From: a virus
Taxonomy: Duplodnaviria; Caudoviricetes
Virus record (IMG/VR): IMGVR_UViG_3300033463_000013
Coordinates: 96,001-160,000 of that record
DNA length: 64,000 nt
Reading direction: 5' to 3' (one strand)
The notes under the pieces were generated by a model. That model did not search any database. It had not been told where the DNA came from and saw nothing but the letters and a program-made list of their open reading frames with translations. Of the stretch, positions 1-14,800 are shown piece after piece. The first letter of the stretch is position 1. The number at the start of each line of letters is the position of its first letter. The translations under genes and the position numbers were made by a program.

Positions 1-1
1 T

Positions 2-3000
2 GCACAAATTTAGGCATTAATTGATAAATTAGTAGAAATGAAGGCTATTACTGGAGAAAATGCTGATGCTATGCGAGCAATGCTTGAAGGGGCAAATCCT
101 GCACAATTAACTGCGATGCAAGCTACTTTACAAAGTGCTCTGCGTCAAACTGGTAATACCGCTGTTGAAACTGGACAAAAAGTTTAGAATATGGGTAAGA
201 GCTTCTAGACTATTGGTTCAGCTGTTCGTATGCTTTCTAGTATTACTGGATTAAGTAAGGAAGCTAAAGGTAGCATCATGGTTCTTGGTGGAGCTATTAC
301 TGGTCTTGGTGCGGTTATTCAGCTAGTTCATAAAACTAGTAAAGCTGCAGCCGCTTCAAATCCATGGATGGCTATTGCAATGGCAATTGTTGCTGTTGTT
401 AATGGTATTATGATGTTATTTGAAACTCCAGCGCAACGATTAGAACGTTTAAATGAAGAAGCTGATAAATTAAATACTAAAGCTAAAGAAGCTAAAGCGG
501 ATTATAAAACTTTAGATAATACTTCTAAAAAATTAAAGGAATTAGAAGAAAAACGTTATGATAGTGCTGAAGCTACAGAAGAATATTAGACTGCAGTTGA
601 TGAATTAGCGGAAAAGTTCCCTGGCTTAATTGAAGGTTTTGATGAAGCGGGGGAAGTTATTATTAGTACTTCTTCTTTAGAAGATGAGTTGGCCGCGGCT
701 AGAGAAAGAACTGCTGATGCCACTTATAATGCTGCACGCGCTGAACGCGAGGCATTAGAAGAAAAATTAAAGTAGGATGTAGGAAAAATTAAAGCAGGAA
801 ATATAAAAGCTGGCCCTTCCGTAAATGACGCATATGAAAAAGGTACTAGTCTTATGCAGGCCACTGGTGCAACGGTAGAATAGTTTTCATGGTAGTACTA
901 GAAGGATCCGAAGAAGGATACCTGGCAAGAAGCTAGTAATAAATTTGCTTTCTTTGACTCAGACGATCTACGTACTGAAATGTTTACTAATCATGATTAT
1001 GCTAGTTATGATGGTGTATATACAAATATAAGTCTTGGATAGGGCGAGAATTACGTTACTGATTTAATTAATGGTGAATTTGATGAGGACTATGGTATCC
1101 CTGAGAAATATGATAGTTTCTTATCATTTTTACGTGATAGTAGATTTAGAGGTGCAGACGGTAATACTATTGATCTTCCTAAAATTTATAATTTCGTATC
1201 TGCATTAGAAAAAGGAACTTCAAGTTTATATGAGCTATCTGACGCAGAAAGAGAAGCATTAGGAATACAAGAAAGTGAATTAAATTAGTATTCCACTGTT
1301 TCTGAGTGGGCAGAAGCGCATGGAATGAACTATGATTGGCTTTCTTCTGGAAGAGACATCGGCGATGATATGCTTGCTTATTTTAGCGCAGTTGGCTTAA
1401 ATAATAATCAATCAGCTTTTGCATATGAAGATACTAGAAGCTTAGTAGATAATGCTGAATTATTGTCATCATTAAATAATTAGGAATTAATAGAAGGAAC
1501 TAGCAATGATATTGAACTTGTGGCGAAGGCGCGGGATGCCTTTTATAAAGCACGTTAGGAAGACGATTTATCAGCCATGCGCGCAGCGTGGGAAGATTTA
1601 TTAACTTTAGAACGTGCAATTGATCCAGACGATAACGCAATGGCATATCTACGGCTATGGTATGAAGAATTTCATGCCGAATTAGGTGATGTAGGCACTA
1701 TATTAAAAGATGCAACAAGTGATACAAAGTCACTTAGTGGCGCATATAAGAAGGAGATTAGCAGTAAATTTAAGTAGATTTTTGAAGGGGAATAGCGTTT
1801 TTTTGATGATGAATCTGGATTAAGTGGAATTATTACTTCTACTGTATATGACAGATTTACGGAAGAAAAAGAAAGAAATCCTAAATTAAAATTAGATGAA
1901 TGGTTAAGAACTAATGCTTATTCTATGGCTGACAAGTATGGTATTGTTATGGAAAAATTTTGGACTAGTCTTGGAGCGGATGAGCAAGAGTTATTAACTA
2001 CTATGCTTAAAGATACTGATTCTTATGATTTTGAAGATATAGTATAGCAATTTGGTATTCAGCCTGGTACTGAATTGTATACTATGTTAGAAGCATATTA
2101 TAAGAAAATATCTGGTAATATTTAGGAACGTTTAGCTAATAAATTTGAAAATTCTGATTTATTTACCTTGAATGATGAAGGAACTAATCAGGATATGGTG
2201 GCTTTGGGTGAAAAATTTAAAGCTCATGGAAAAACGGCCACAACAACATAGGAAGAACGTTTCTTAAATAAAGTGTATTCTGAAGTTGATACCTTAGCTT
2301 AGGCAGGTTATACACAAAAGGCAGTTGCATATGGAGAGAAAGCTTTAGCCTTACTTGATAGCGTAAATGGTATTACTGATGCAGTTACTAAAAACAAAGT
2401 GTTTGATTTAATTGAGAAAAATGGTATATCAACTATTGAAGGTATTGATGATACTATTAGATCAATTGAAAATGATGAAACAATTGACGCTGAAACAAAG
2501 ACTGCCATGATCACCGCGTTACAACAAACTAAAAAAGATTTAATTACTAATATAGGTTTAGCGTTATAGACTGCCGCAGATAGTTATTTAGAGGCCTGGA
2601 AAACTGATAGTAAAACATTAGGTAAATTAACTAGTGGTCTTGATTTGACCGATGTTGATACTTTAATTCAAAGTGATGCTGGTATTGATATGGGTCTTTC
2701 TATGGATGACTTTATTAGTGATGGTAATAAATTAGTATTAAAAGCTAACCAGGCTGAATTGTATATTAAATCATATTTTGAAGCATAGCGTACTAAGTTA
2801 GGTACTTATCGAGGTCAATTAGAAGCTGTTCTTGGTAAATGGGGTAAGAAAGGTGTAGATGGTAAAATTGATCCTGGTATGTATAATGATCGTATTTTAA
2901 ATCAGGATGCGCAAGCTGAAATCGAATCATTAATTGGTGTTGGTAATTTACAAACCTATGCTAGATGGGATGCAGCAGAACAATACTGGGTTGTTACTAA

Positions 3001-6000
3001 TGCCTAGGGATTAAATGATGCTATTACACAAGGCTATGATAATGCTAATTAGTAGTTAGAATTATATGGCAACTATTTAGATTGGTCTGAAGAATCTATT
3101 ATCAAATCAACCCAATGGAAAGCTGGTAATTATAGTTCATTAAAGAAAATATTTAAATTATCTGATACTGATAACGCAGGATTAGAACGTAATTTAAAAA
3201 CATTATTAAGAAGTGGCAGTGCGGCGTTAGAAGCATATAAAGACACTCCAGATGTAAAGAATGCTGTTACATAGATTCGTAGTGCGCTTTCTACTTTTAT
3301 GTCTGATGCTATTACAAAAGGTATAGATAAAATTGATATTGCTGATTATGAAGGCTTACCAACTTGGATTGTTTCAGATTTTAAGAAGACTGCTTTTAAG
3401 AGTAAATATGAATTTGTATAGAAATATGTTCAATATTTAGGCGATGATGTAGAAGCTATTAATGATATGATTATTTCTGCATTGGAAGCTGATAATGAGC
3501 GTACTTCTGGTGATGTAATTAAAGATCTTAATTTCTTTAGTGAGAGGTAGTTCTCTGCCACTGGTTCTGAACTTAAAACACTAGCAAATAAGTTTGGATT
3601 AAATTTAGCTGACTTATTTGCTCAAGGATATGCTTGGTATGATAAAGAATTGGGTGAATATGTTGTTAATTATCAAGCAATTGCTGCTAGTGGATTATAT
3701 CCAGATTTTGACTTAACTGCGGTTGAAGGTTTCCATGAAACTGTACAAGATAGCATTAATGAATTTTGGAATAAATTAGGTAGTTTAGTTAAAAAAGGTT
3801 TAACAGGATCATTATCTAATACTGAAGTAAAGTAGCTTAGAGAAATGGCAAAATAGACTCATTTTGGAGGAGAGTTAAATTTTGATCAAACTGCAGAAGG
3901 ATTAAGATTAAGTGAACAATCAGCATATGCTTTATATGGTCATTTAAAAAATACTAATTCCTTATAGGCTAATTTAATGTTCAAAGAAATGAAAGATGAC
4001 TTAATTGAAGCTGATGAACATTATTAGTCTATAAGTGCTAATACCGCGAGAATTGCTGTATTAGAGGGAAAAGTTAATACTGCAAAAGTAGTTGGACAAG
4101 GTTATTAGACTCAAGCGGGTAATGTAGATTTAGTTGCTCATGCTACGCATCAAATTACTGGTCAAGAGATGCGCGCTGCTGGTTGGAAGGAATATACTGA
4201 TACTGATTATGCTACACTTGATACTGTTACTTATAGTGGTAAAGAACATGGCACAAATGTAGTATTAAATATTACTCCAATTACTAATGATGGTACTGAA
4301 ATATTAAGTCCTGAAGATTTAGATGCCTATGCAGCGAGTTTATTAGAAGGCGGCGGCACTGCGGATGAGATTATGCTTCGTGATACTAAGCATTTAGTTA
4401 TGGGAGCTTGGGATGTTGATGTATCTAATAGTGACGCATTAGCAGACGGTCTTGCGCGGGCTGGAGAAGAAGCTAATAGATTGCATGAAGAATCTGATTT
4501 GATTGCTCAAAATATAGATTCATGGGATGCTCCTAATGATGCTCGTATTAAATAGTATGAACAAGAATTAGCTCTGGCAAAAGAAATTGAGCAAGTACGT
4601 TCTACTACTGAAGATTCTTCATTTGATTTTATGTCAAATAAGATTCCAGGTGCACAAAATAATCCAATTAAGTATTTTGAAAGCTGGGGCAAGGCTTGGA
4701 AAACATTAAAAGAAAGTTTTAAATCTACAACTGATAAGGGTATGATTGGTTATCAAGATTTCTATAATATTATGACAGAAATGGGTAATATTGCTAAGAA
4801 AAGTGGTGTTCCAATTAAACTTGGTTCAGAAATGTTTGTAGAAGATGCTGAGAGTGCGTCACGATTAATTGAGAAGGGCGCGAAATTTTTAACAGTTGCA
4901 TCTGATGGTTCTATTAAAGTAGATTTAAGTCAATTTGGTATTGATTTTGAAACTGGCGCCGCGGATATGAAAGACGGAGTTAATGCTGGTATTAAAGCCA
5001 TGGCTAAATCTTAGGTAGAAATGCTCGATGGTATGATTAAATTAATGGAAACTATCGTAGCAATGGAAAAATTAAAATCTGTAGATGTAAATGCAGATAA
5101 TAAAATTGACCTAGGAGAAATGTTTACATCTGTAGAGTTCAATACAGATGGTTCTATTGCGGCCCTTGGTGCATTTAAACAAGAGTGGTTAGATGCAAAA
5201 AATGATTTATTGGAGTTCCTTGATTCAGAAGATGGCGCAGATGTAAAAGCTGCAATGCAAAATACTAAAATTACATTTAATGGTATTACTCAATCCATGT
5301 ATGATTTATTCGATATTTCTGATGAAGAGTTAAATAACATGGATACTGCAGCTAAAGAGCGTTACCATGCTATTATGAGTGCTTTCTATAATGCAGCAAT
5401 GTCTGGTGATTATAGTAATGAAAGTATTATGCAATCTATTAAAGATGTATTAATTAGTACTGGATATGAAGGCGACATTGATATTGGTGATTTACATATT
5501 ACTATACATTAGGGAGTAGCTCTTGAACGTGATAGCGATAACAATTATGTAATTGGTGATTATAAAACTCCAGATCCAGATTAGGCTGTTCGAGCGGCCG
5601 CTTTATAGAATGCTGGTGTTGAGGAAATTACTGATTCTGCAAGCCATGTAGATTTTGGTACCGAAGTTGAACTATCTGGTGAATTAAAAGTTGGTAAAAA
5701 TCGCATTGCAGTGGGTTAGACTGATCAAGGAGATACAATTTATCATTCTAATACAACCGGTGGTAATTATGATTCAATGAGTGAATTAATTGCCGCGGAA
5801 TTTAAATTTAAACAAGATAATAATGAAACCGCGGCTGAAACTTTACCAGAATTTGAAATTGAAGCTGGTTATAAAATTATTCCTAAAATTACTGATGAAG
5901 GTGCAACAGTCACTAAAAATCAATTAAAGGCTTTAATTGGTAAATCTGCAGCCGATTTACAAAATGAATGGGGTTCAACCGAAAAAGAACATATTAAATT

Positions 6001-9000
6001 TAAAGCTAAATATGGTATTGAATGGGTAGAAGGTTCTACAGATGCTGATTTAGACGCATTAAGAGAAGCTAGCGGATTAGAAAGTAAAGTAGTAGATATT
6101 ACTGCCAATGTTGATGCTGGCGGTACTCATGAAAAACTTGTTGAAGCTATTGAATCTGGTAGTGCAGAAGTAAAAGTTAAGGTTACTTTAGATACTGAAG
6201 GCGCAGATCAATCTATTCTTAATTTACTTACTGGTAGCGCTAATCCTGGTGATGGGGGACAATCTCCAATTACATTCCCAGAAGGTTCGATAACTCCAGA
6301 CATTCCCGAAACGTTACCTGTCGAATCCGCTCCAAAATTAGAATATAAAGGTACTGATAAGATTGTACTTGATATTGGTGAGGCACCTGTTGAAGCTACT
6401 GTTAAAGGTGTAACTCCTGTTTTACCAGAAGGTACTACTGAATATAAATTATCAACAACCATACCTCAAATTAAAGGTGAAGCGATAGAGTTAGCAATTA
6501 CACCAGGTACTGTTGGTATTGGCAGCGATAATATTACATTGACTGATAAAGTATCAACTACTGGTACTACTGATTACATTAGTTTGAGTACTGATCCAGA
6601 TATTACAGCACAACTAGTCGGAGATGGCGATGATAATACTGTTGATGTAGGTTCAATTACTGGGGATATTGCTGGTACTGCAACTAATTTAATAATTAAT
6701 TCTGTGAGTTTTACACAATTAGGCGAAGACGCAGACGTAGAAATTTCTGATATGATTCCAGAAATCACTGGTGAAGCTACTACTTTAAAGATTACTGCAT
6801 AGAATACTGAGGTTGAAGGTGGTTTATCAAATACAGAAATTACTGCTATGCTAGAAGGCACAACCGTTAAAGTTACAGTTGATAAAGGTACTTCTATTAC
6901 AGATTTAGAAGCCGTTTAGACTGCGGCGGATGATACAGATGAAAAAGAACCAGAAGTCAGTGTTTCTACTGATGGAGAGGATGCGAAGTCAACGTTAAAT
7001 GACTTAATTACTTTAGCTCAACAATTAGCTGATATTGATCCATCTATTCTTATTACTGCTAGTGATCATGCTTCTAGTTTTATTTCAAATATTATTTCAA
7101 AATTAAGAGAATTAGATAACAAAACATTTACTGCAACAGTAAAAGCTCAAGTACAATCTGAGGGTGGCGGCAATGCTAGCGGTACTGTTGGTATGGCTAA
7201 AGCTGGCGGCACTTTAATGGGTGAACTTGGTCCAGAAATGGTTGTATCTAATGGACGATATTTTGTTGTAGGACAAAATGGACCAGAAATGGTAAATCTT
7301 GCTAGTGATGCTATAGTATTTAATCATTTATAGACTAAATCACTGCTTGCAAAAGGAATGTCTTCTACTCGTGGATAGGCCGTCACAAATGAACGTAATG
7401 CCGTTGCTTTTGCTACAGGTAATATCAATGGCGGACCTGCGATGGCAAGTGCTTCTTCAGTACTTGCTACTTTGAAGCAATTAAAAGCTCAGTGGGAAGC
7501 ATTAGCAAAACTTGATGTAGGCTCTCTCGCCGGCGCCGGAGGCGGTGGCGGTGGAGGCGGCGGTGGCGGAAATGACCAACAAGCCCGCGCTGCATGGATT
7601 ACTCAAGTTGAGCGTTGGTATAATTTAATGCAAAAAATTGCTCAATGCGAGAAAGATATTACTCATGAAGAAACACTACGTACAAAGCTTAATTCTGACT
7701 TTAATAAAAATGGTAAAGCATATTATGATAGTCAAATTAGAAGTTTAAAAGTTCTTCAAGATTAGATGATTGCTCAAGAAGAATTAAATATTTCTAAAAA
7801 AGAATACTTTAATCAACGTCGTGAGCAATTAAATACTGCAAATGGTCCGTTTAATCAGCTTTATTCGTTTGATGAAAATGGTTAGTTAAAGTATAATGAT
7901 AATTATCAATTTACCACTTCTGAAGGAAAACAACTAACTGGTGGATTTGCTTTCTTATCTGAATTAATGAAAGTAGACGAAATGGGTACACCAAAATATT
8001 CTTCTGAAGAATAGTATAATATGCTAGTGCAAGCTGGATTTAAAGATTTCATGCAATATGACACTTCTGGTAAAGAAATATTAAAGCCAGAAGATGAAAA
8101 GGGAGATATGAGTTCTTTCTATAGTTCTTCCATTCAAGCATTATTTGATCATATGAATGCATAGAAAGATGAAATGTAGAATTTACATGATACTATTGAA
8201 GAAGGAGAAAATAGTTTACTAGAATTACAAACTTAGTAGAATGAAATTCTAAAAGAAATTCGTGATAACTAGATGGCTGTTGAAGATGCTGTTCTTGAGG
8301 CAATTATTGATCAGCGTCAGCGCGCGATTGATAAATTAAGTGATGAACGTTCTGCTTTAGAAAAATCTACTTCTAAATATATTGAAGGTTTATCAGATGC
8401 ACTTAATAAAGAACGTGATATGTATGAACGTAATGAAAGTTCTGAAGAACTTAATAAAATGCGTAGATAGCTAGCTATTCTACAGCGTTCTGGTGGTTCA
8501 GGTAGTTAGATTAGTTCATTATAGACTTCTATCAGAACTAAAGAAAAAGATACATATTTTGAAGAACAATAGCGTTAGATTGATGCTATTCAAGAAGCAT
8601 CTGACTTACAACTTGAAAGACTAGATGCCCAAATTGAATTAATGACCGAAACTCTTGAATATGAAAAAGACCATGGGATGCTCTGGGAAGCGGTTTATCA
8701 AAAGATGGCTGAAACTCCAGAAGAAATTACAGCTTTCATAATGGAAGAAAATAGTAAATATTGGTCGATGTCTCCATTAAAGAGTTCTGAGGAAATGAAT
8801 AATATTTTATTCTAGTCTGAAGCTTGGACTGCTTTTAGAGACAGTCAAAACGAAGCTTTGAATAAGGCAAATGCCGCGTTAGCAGATGAGGGTACAACTA
8901 TTGCACAAGCCGTTTATGGTGCGGATAACTCCTGGTCTATCTTTACTACTGCAATGGGGAACTTATATGGTGATCAATGGGCTAAGTTAGCTTCTGATTA

Positions 9001-9808
9001 TAAGCCAATATTTGGCCAGAATATGGCGCAAACCGGAGATATCACTAAAGCTACTACTGATTTAACTACAAAGATAAGTTAGGATCTTGGAACATTAGGA
9101 GATAAATTAGTAAGTGCATTAAGTAAACCTGATCCAGTCAGTGTATCTCCTAATACTGATACTGATAATAATTCTTCTACATCGTCTAATACACCCGCAA
9201 CTCCAACTAAAAAGACCACTCCTCCTAAAAATAATACTATAACTGTTTATGAAGTAACAGTAAATGGTAAAACATAGACCTTTACCAATGAATCAGATGC
9301 ACAACGATATCGGTCAGCGGCTGCGGCTGGATATGGCAGTGCTCTTAGTGCTGGTTATTCATAGAGTGGAAAATCTCCAGCTGAAATTAAAAAATTAGCA
9401 GATGCATATATTGCGTCTAAAGTTTCAGGTGTAAAAAAAGTAACAAAGAAAAAAGCTAGTGGCGGTTATGTTAATCATGGTGTATACGAATTAGGTGAAT
9501 TAGGTACTGAAACAGTATTAACTGCAGGTTAGACTAAAATTTTACGTGATAATATTTTATCAGATAGACCAAATTCATTGTTATCATTACTTAAGAGTTA
9601 TAATGAAAATTATAATCATATTAATGATTATACTTAGAGTATGTCTAATGATGATGACAAATCTATTAATATTGAAAATGTATCCGTTAATATGAATATT
9701 GAAGAAATTGCAAATGATTATGACGCACAACGTGCTGGTGAGCAAGCAATGGCTAAGATAATTGAAATTGCACGCAAAACTAGCGCAAAGAATAGCATAA
9801 GGAGGTAA
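2..9808 (+). CDS. Tail tape-measure protein, 5'-truncated, >3268 aa with TAG read as Gln
   Basis: Ten standard-code ORF fragments (230, 1577, 3650, 4169, 4631, 5021, 5777, 7442, 8273, 8858) share one frame and are separated by TAG (>50 by manual count); the frame ends at TAA 9806-9808. Ala/Leu/Glu-rich helical sequence, hydrophobic segment (NPWMAIAMAIVAVVNG), two TMP-type motifs (AGGTLMGELGPEMV, ASGGYVNHGVYELGELGTETV), upstream of tail genes. Confidence 0.88.
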
Positions 9809-9815
9809 AAGGAGT

Positions 9816-11798
9816 ATGCCAACTATAAATTATATTGAGGGTTATGAACCTATAACAACTCGTGAAAAACGAGGACAAGTATATATGGCGACTCATAAAG
9901 GGGAGAATTATCTCCCCTTTATGAATCGTTCTTTTATTAGTTTTTCTTTTGGAGAACGAGATGGTACACCTGTTAATATTGAAGATTTTAATTTAATTGC
10001 TACAACAGATGGTGATAGAATTAAAAGAAACGGATTTTCAGATTTTGAAGATTTGGTTACTTCTTATGATATTCTTGATGGTCAATTTTATTGGGGCACA
10101 TACTATAAAAATAATTCATTGTCATTAACCTTATCTACAGATGGTATATCCCAAGAACAGTTAGATGATTTTTTACATTGGTTTTAGGCTGGAAAAATTC
10201 GTGAATTAGTTTTAGCGGAGCATCCTAATCGCGCGGTGATGGCTCGTGTGTCATCACCGCCGGGCCTATCTTTATTACCATTCGAATTACCAGCTACAGT
10301 TACAATTGCTGGTAAAACATATAAGACTAGTACCACATTATGGAAAGGTGATATTTCATTAGAATTCGTTATGGATGAGCCTTTTTGGTACTCTAAAGTT
10401 AATATATTTGGAAAAAGAGATACTAATGGTGTATATCATGATACATGGACGGACGCCAATGGAAATTTAATTAATGTATTGAATGAAAATGTTAATCAAG
10501 ATGTTATGAAAATTGTTTTAGAAGATGGTATTCCAATTAGCAGTATGCTTACATCTTCTATGATTTTAGGTAATAATATCTATGCTAATTTAGATGACGG
10601 GTATGATGGCATGATCGCGCGTGATACTATTTATGTTACATTTACGCGTGATAATGATAATATTATTGTTTATTTAGGTACTGGTGATTATATTAGACAT
10701 GAGTTAATCACATTTGTAGTTGATGAGCAATTACCAATAGAATCTATTGCGGATTATTTACCGAGTATTAATAAAGCTACTACAAGTATTGCTCCTGTAT
10801 ATAGTATTTATAATGTTCCTGAGATTACTTATACGAGTTTATATGATACAATAAATATGGCTTTAAATACTTATGGAGAAGAATCATATGCATATGCTGA
10901 TATGGACACTACAGAATAGTGTATTATTGCAGAAATATTACAAGATGGTTCAGTATATGGAGCATTGATTTCTGGTCCGCATATGTCAGAATCTACTGGT
11001 ATATTAAATTTAACTCCTGGAGAATATGGATATTTTTACTATTGTGGAACTGCACCATCGCCTGTAGAATTAACATTTACATTAACTCCAAAAATGAGTG
11101 AGAACTATATCTCGATTCCTCAAAATAGTTATAAACATGAAACAAATGAATTTCCATATAATACTATTACTATTGAAAGTATTCATAAACAGGAATTAAG
11201 ATTCACCACTCCTGGAATTTATTCTGCTTATAATAAAGTAATTGAAATTTTCAAAAATATTCAGACAGCATAGGACTGGGTAGCTGTGCGTGAAGATATA
11301 CGTTTAGATGTGCATCATCCGGCGGTACGCGCATGGGCAAATAAAGTTATTGATTATTTAGATAAAAATGCTACGGGTACCATTTAGGAAACTGATAAAA
11401 TTGTTGCCCAAGCTTGTATGACTTATATGTTTAAAACGTATGAAACAGGAGCGGAAAATAATTTACTATCTGGTACATATACTTTTAATAGTAAAACTGG
11501 AAAAGCTACTGGAAAAATTAAGTATCGTATACCATAGGTTGAATTACCAGAAGATTTTAATGGATGGGTAACTTATGGTGAAATTATGAATGAAAATAAT
11601 AATGTAAAAGAAGAAGATATTGGCGATATGGTTAAATCTAACTACCTTATTATAAGAGATAGAAATTATCCGGATAAAATTAATGGTAATATTAATAAAT
11701 GGACAGAAAATTCCAAAGATGCATCTCATCGTATTTATGATGATGTAGATGGCGGCTTATAGAATGTAATTATTAAATATAAAAATTTATATCTGTAA
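9816..11798 (+). CDS. Distal tail (Dit-like) protein, 660 aa with TAG=Gln
   Basis: Fragments 9816, 10236 and 10965 are in one frame joined across TAGs; AAGGAG RBS; ends TAA 11796-11798; directly after the TMP; GDISLEFVMDEPFWY resembles siphophage tail-component motifs. Confidence 0.7.
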
Positions 11799-11822
11799 TG
11801 AGGTAAAAGGAGGAGATATGAT

Positions 11823-14800
11823 ATGGTACAAGATCAGTATATACGACCATATGAAATCTCTATCTGGACACTTTAGGACGAGTTTATAACCGTCCTAAAG
11901 TGGTCCGAAATAGAGAATAAAGGACAAATTCAAAATGGAGAGGTTGAATTAATCGATGATGGCACCGAAAAATTATCTTTTTCTGTTCCATTGTGGTATT
12001 ATTCTGATGGAATAAAAATCAAAAATCCATTATGGATTACAGTAAATAATAAAACAATCGTGCCAAATATGCACAAAATTAAATTAATTTTTAATAAAAA
12101 AACCGAAGATGAAAAAGTTTTTGAATTTTTAATTACTGAAATTAATGAGTCTCATAATAAAGATGAGATTATTTATGATATATCTTGTGAGGGTTTAGCT
12201 TTTCATGAATTAGGTAAAATTGGTTATAAAATTAGTTTAATGCCTGATGATTTCTTAAATGAATGGGAAGCATGGTTTAAAAATGGATAGATTAACGATG
12301 CTCCAGTATAGAATTTACAATATTGGAATGATCGAGTATTTAAATATACTGATGTTTCTGGTGAAGTGCGTTGGAAATATAATTGGACTTATGAAGTACA
12401 TATGGATTGGTCTTCTTTTAGTTATAGTAGTGAACGTGATTCATCTACTGTATATGAAGAAGAATATGTTTCCGCTTGGGACACAAATGATAATTTTTTA
12501 ACTTTTCCTAAATAGGTTGAATAGTTTAAGGAAAAGTGGCGCGCGGTAGAAATTGAAGAAAGTAATATTTATAATATTACATAGACTATTGCTGAAACAT
12601 TTGGAGTTTTCTGTAAATATGAATATGAATATGACGATAATTATCATATTATTGGAAGAAAAGTAATTTATTATAATAATTTTATTTCTGATTCTTATGG
12701 TCATATTGATTTAACATATCCTTATAGTTCTTCATCTATTACACGCACGGCTGATCATACAGAACTAGTTACTAAATTATTTGTACGTCCTATTGATAGT
12801 GACACTTCTGAATCTAATTTAATTACTATTATGAATGTGGATGCAAATAGAAGCAGAGAAGATTATCTATTAAATTTTGATTATTTACATGAAGTGGAGA
12901 CTATTACTGATGAATAGTATGAAGCAGTTCGCACATTTGAAGATGTTATGCGCATGTATAACAATCAATTATTAACACTAGAGACATAGATTGCGGTCTT
13001 ATAGAATAGTTGTATTACAGAAGAAGCAAATATAACTTTATATACAAATGCTCTTAACTTAGATAATGAACGTTGGAATAATGCAAAAGCTTTGCGCGCG
13101 CAGTTAACTGGTGGTACGGATAATATTACAATTAACGATGCATCTCCGGAAATGCTTCTTTTAAAACCAGATGGCACATAGGCTAATATGTATTATGTAA
13201 CAATTTCTTTAGAAGGAGTTATACCTAGTACTGTTGTATTATATAAAAATATAGACTATACAAAGATACCTGGCGGCCTTGTTTCGGAACGACTAACTGG
13301 TATATGCACCGGTGGAAAATATGAATATGATGAATTTGGAAATCTAAATAAAATAAGTAATTTATATATTAAAGATTCTACTATTAAGCGCTTATATATG
13401 ACATGTGAATACCGCCCAGAATTATATTATGATAATGTAGTTCGTACATGGGAAATTCGTCGATATAAAGATTAGTAGGCGTTATAGGAAGCAAAAAATC
13501 GTTTACTTGAATATCGTATGTTATTAAATGGCGGAGATGTAGATTACGCTTGTGTTGATGAAGCAATTACTGATTATGCTGTTTCTGGTAATGGAGTTCG
13601 TGTTGATCAATGTCATGTTGAATACGCACGGTTAGATGAAGGCCATGGATATTTATCTACATATAACGGTGTTTTAAAAGATAAATATGAGCATACTGTT
13701 GAATTTGAACGCATGATGGGTCCTGCATTACGAGAGGGTTATTGGCAACCTGATACATATAATGATTATGGAGATAAATTTCTTGATCGATTTGAAATTG
13801 ATTTTACTCAAGAAAATGGTATAAACGGGACTTCTAAATTTGCAACCTTTATATGGGATACTGAAAATTTTGATGATGAATTAACATTATTTTATGAGTT
13901 GGGTGCATAGCAAGATATACAATATTATTTAATAGTAGATTTAAGTAATGCTTTAGAGTATATTAAGGGTAATTTAAATAATTTAAGCTTTATTTATTAT
14001 GATGAAAATATTAAGACAACAAATGAATTAGAATAGGCTCGTAGAAATTTTACTATTGATTCTTTATGTCAATTTGCTTATGTTTATCATAATGTAAGAA
14101 AGAAATATATTCCTGTATTGGTATTAACTGGCTGTGCATCTTTACGAGACAGCTAGATTACATTTATTAAGAATGCTCCTGCAAGTTTCAAACCATTTTT
14201 AGGAACAATTGAATCTTAGGTCAATTCTACTACATCTGCAATAACAACTGTAGTTAATTCTTTATATGATAATCTTGTATTTATTGACCCAAATGATTTA
14301 AAGGTTAATCAAGCCGGAAAGGCGTGTTTGTGTTATCCTCGTATACGAATTAATTCTTTATAGATGAAAAATACTGAAGATGAAGTATTATTATCTTCAA
14401 ACGGAACTAATCTTAAAATGTTTGATGATTTTTATGTGTTAGTTAGAACAGACCAGAGTAATATTGATGATTCTTATTATATTACAATTAAACCTAAACA
14501 TCTAATTAAAAATGCTACTACCGATTCTGTGATAGATTTAAGTTACTCTATATCTAATGCAGATATATCTATTTATCTTGATGCAATATAGGTGATGAAA
14601 GAAAATTCAAAACCAAAAGTATCTTATAGTATTGATTTAAATGTCTTAAATAAAGACTTTATTCATACAGCTTATAATAAATTAAATCGTATAGTACATA
14701 TTAATGATTTTGAATTATAGTTTGAGGATGTTAATGGCTATATTTCTTCGATAAGATTAAATTTAGATCGACCTTGGGAAGATACAGTAGAAATTAAAAA

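Noticed and set aside
2308-6861. Minus-strand ORFs within the tape-measure gene (2308, 4507, 5920, 6208, 6574)
   Set aside because: Ser/Ile/Pro-rich antisense shadows of the real frame.
7530-7570. GGC repeat as a contingency locus
   Set aside because: Mixed Gly codons encode an in-frame poly-Gly linker; triplet slippage would not switch phase.
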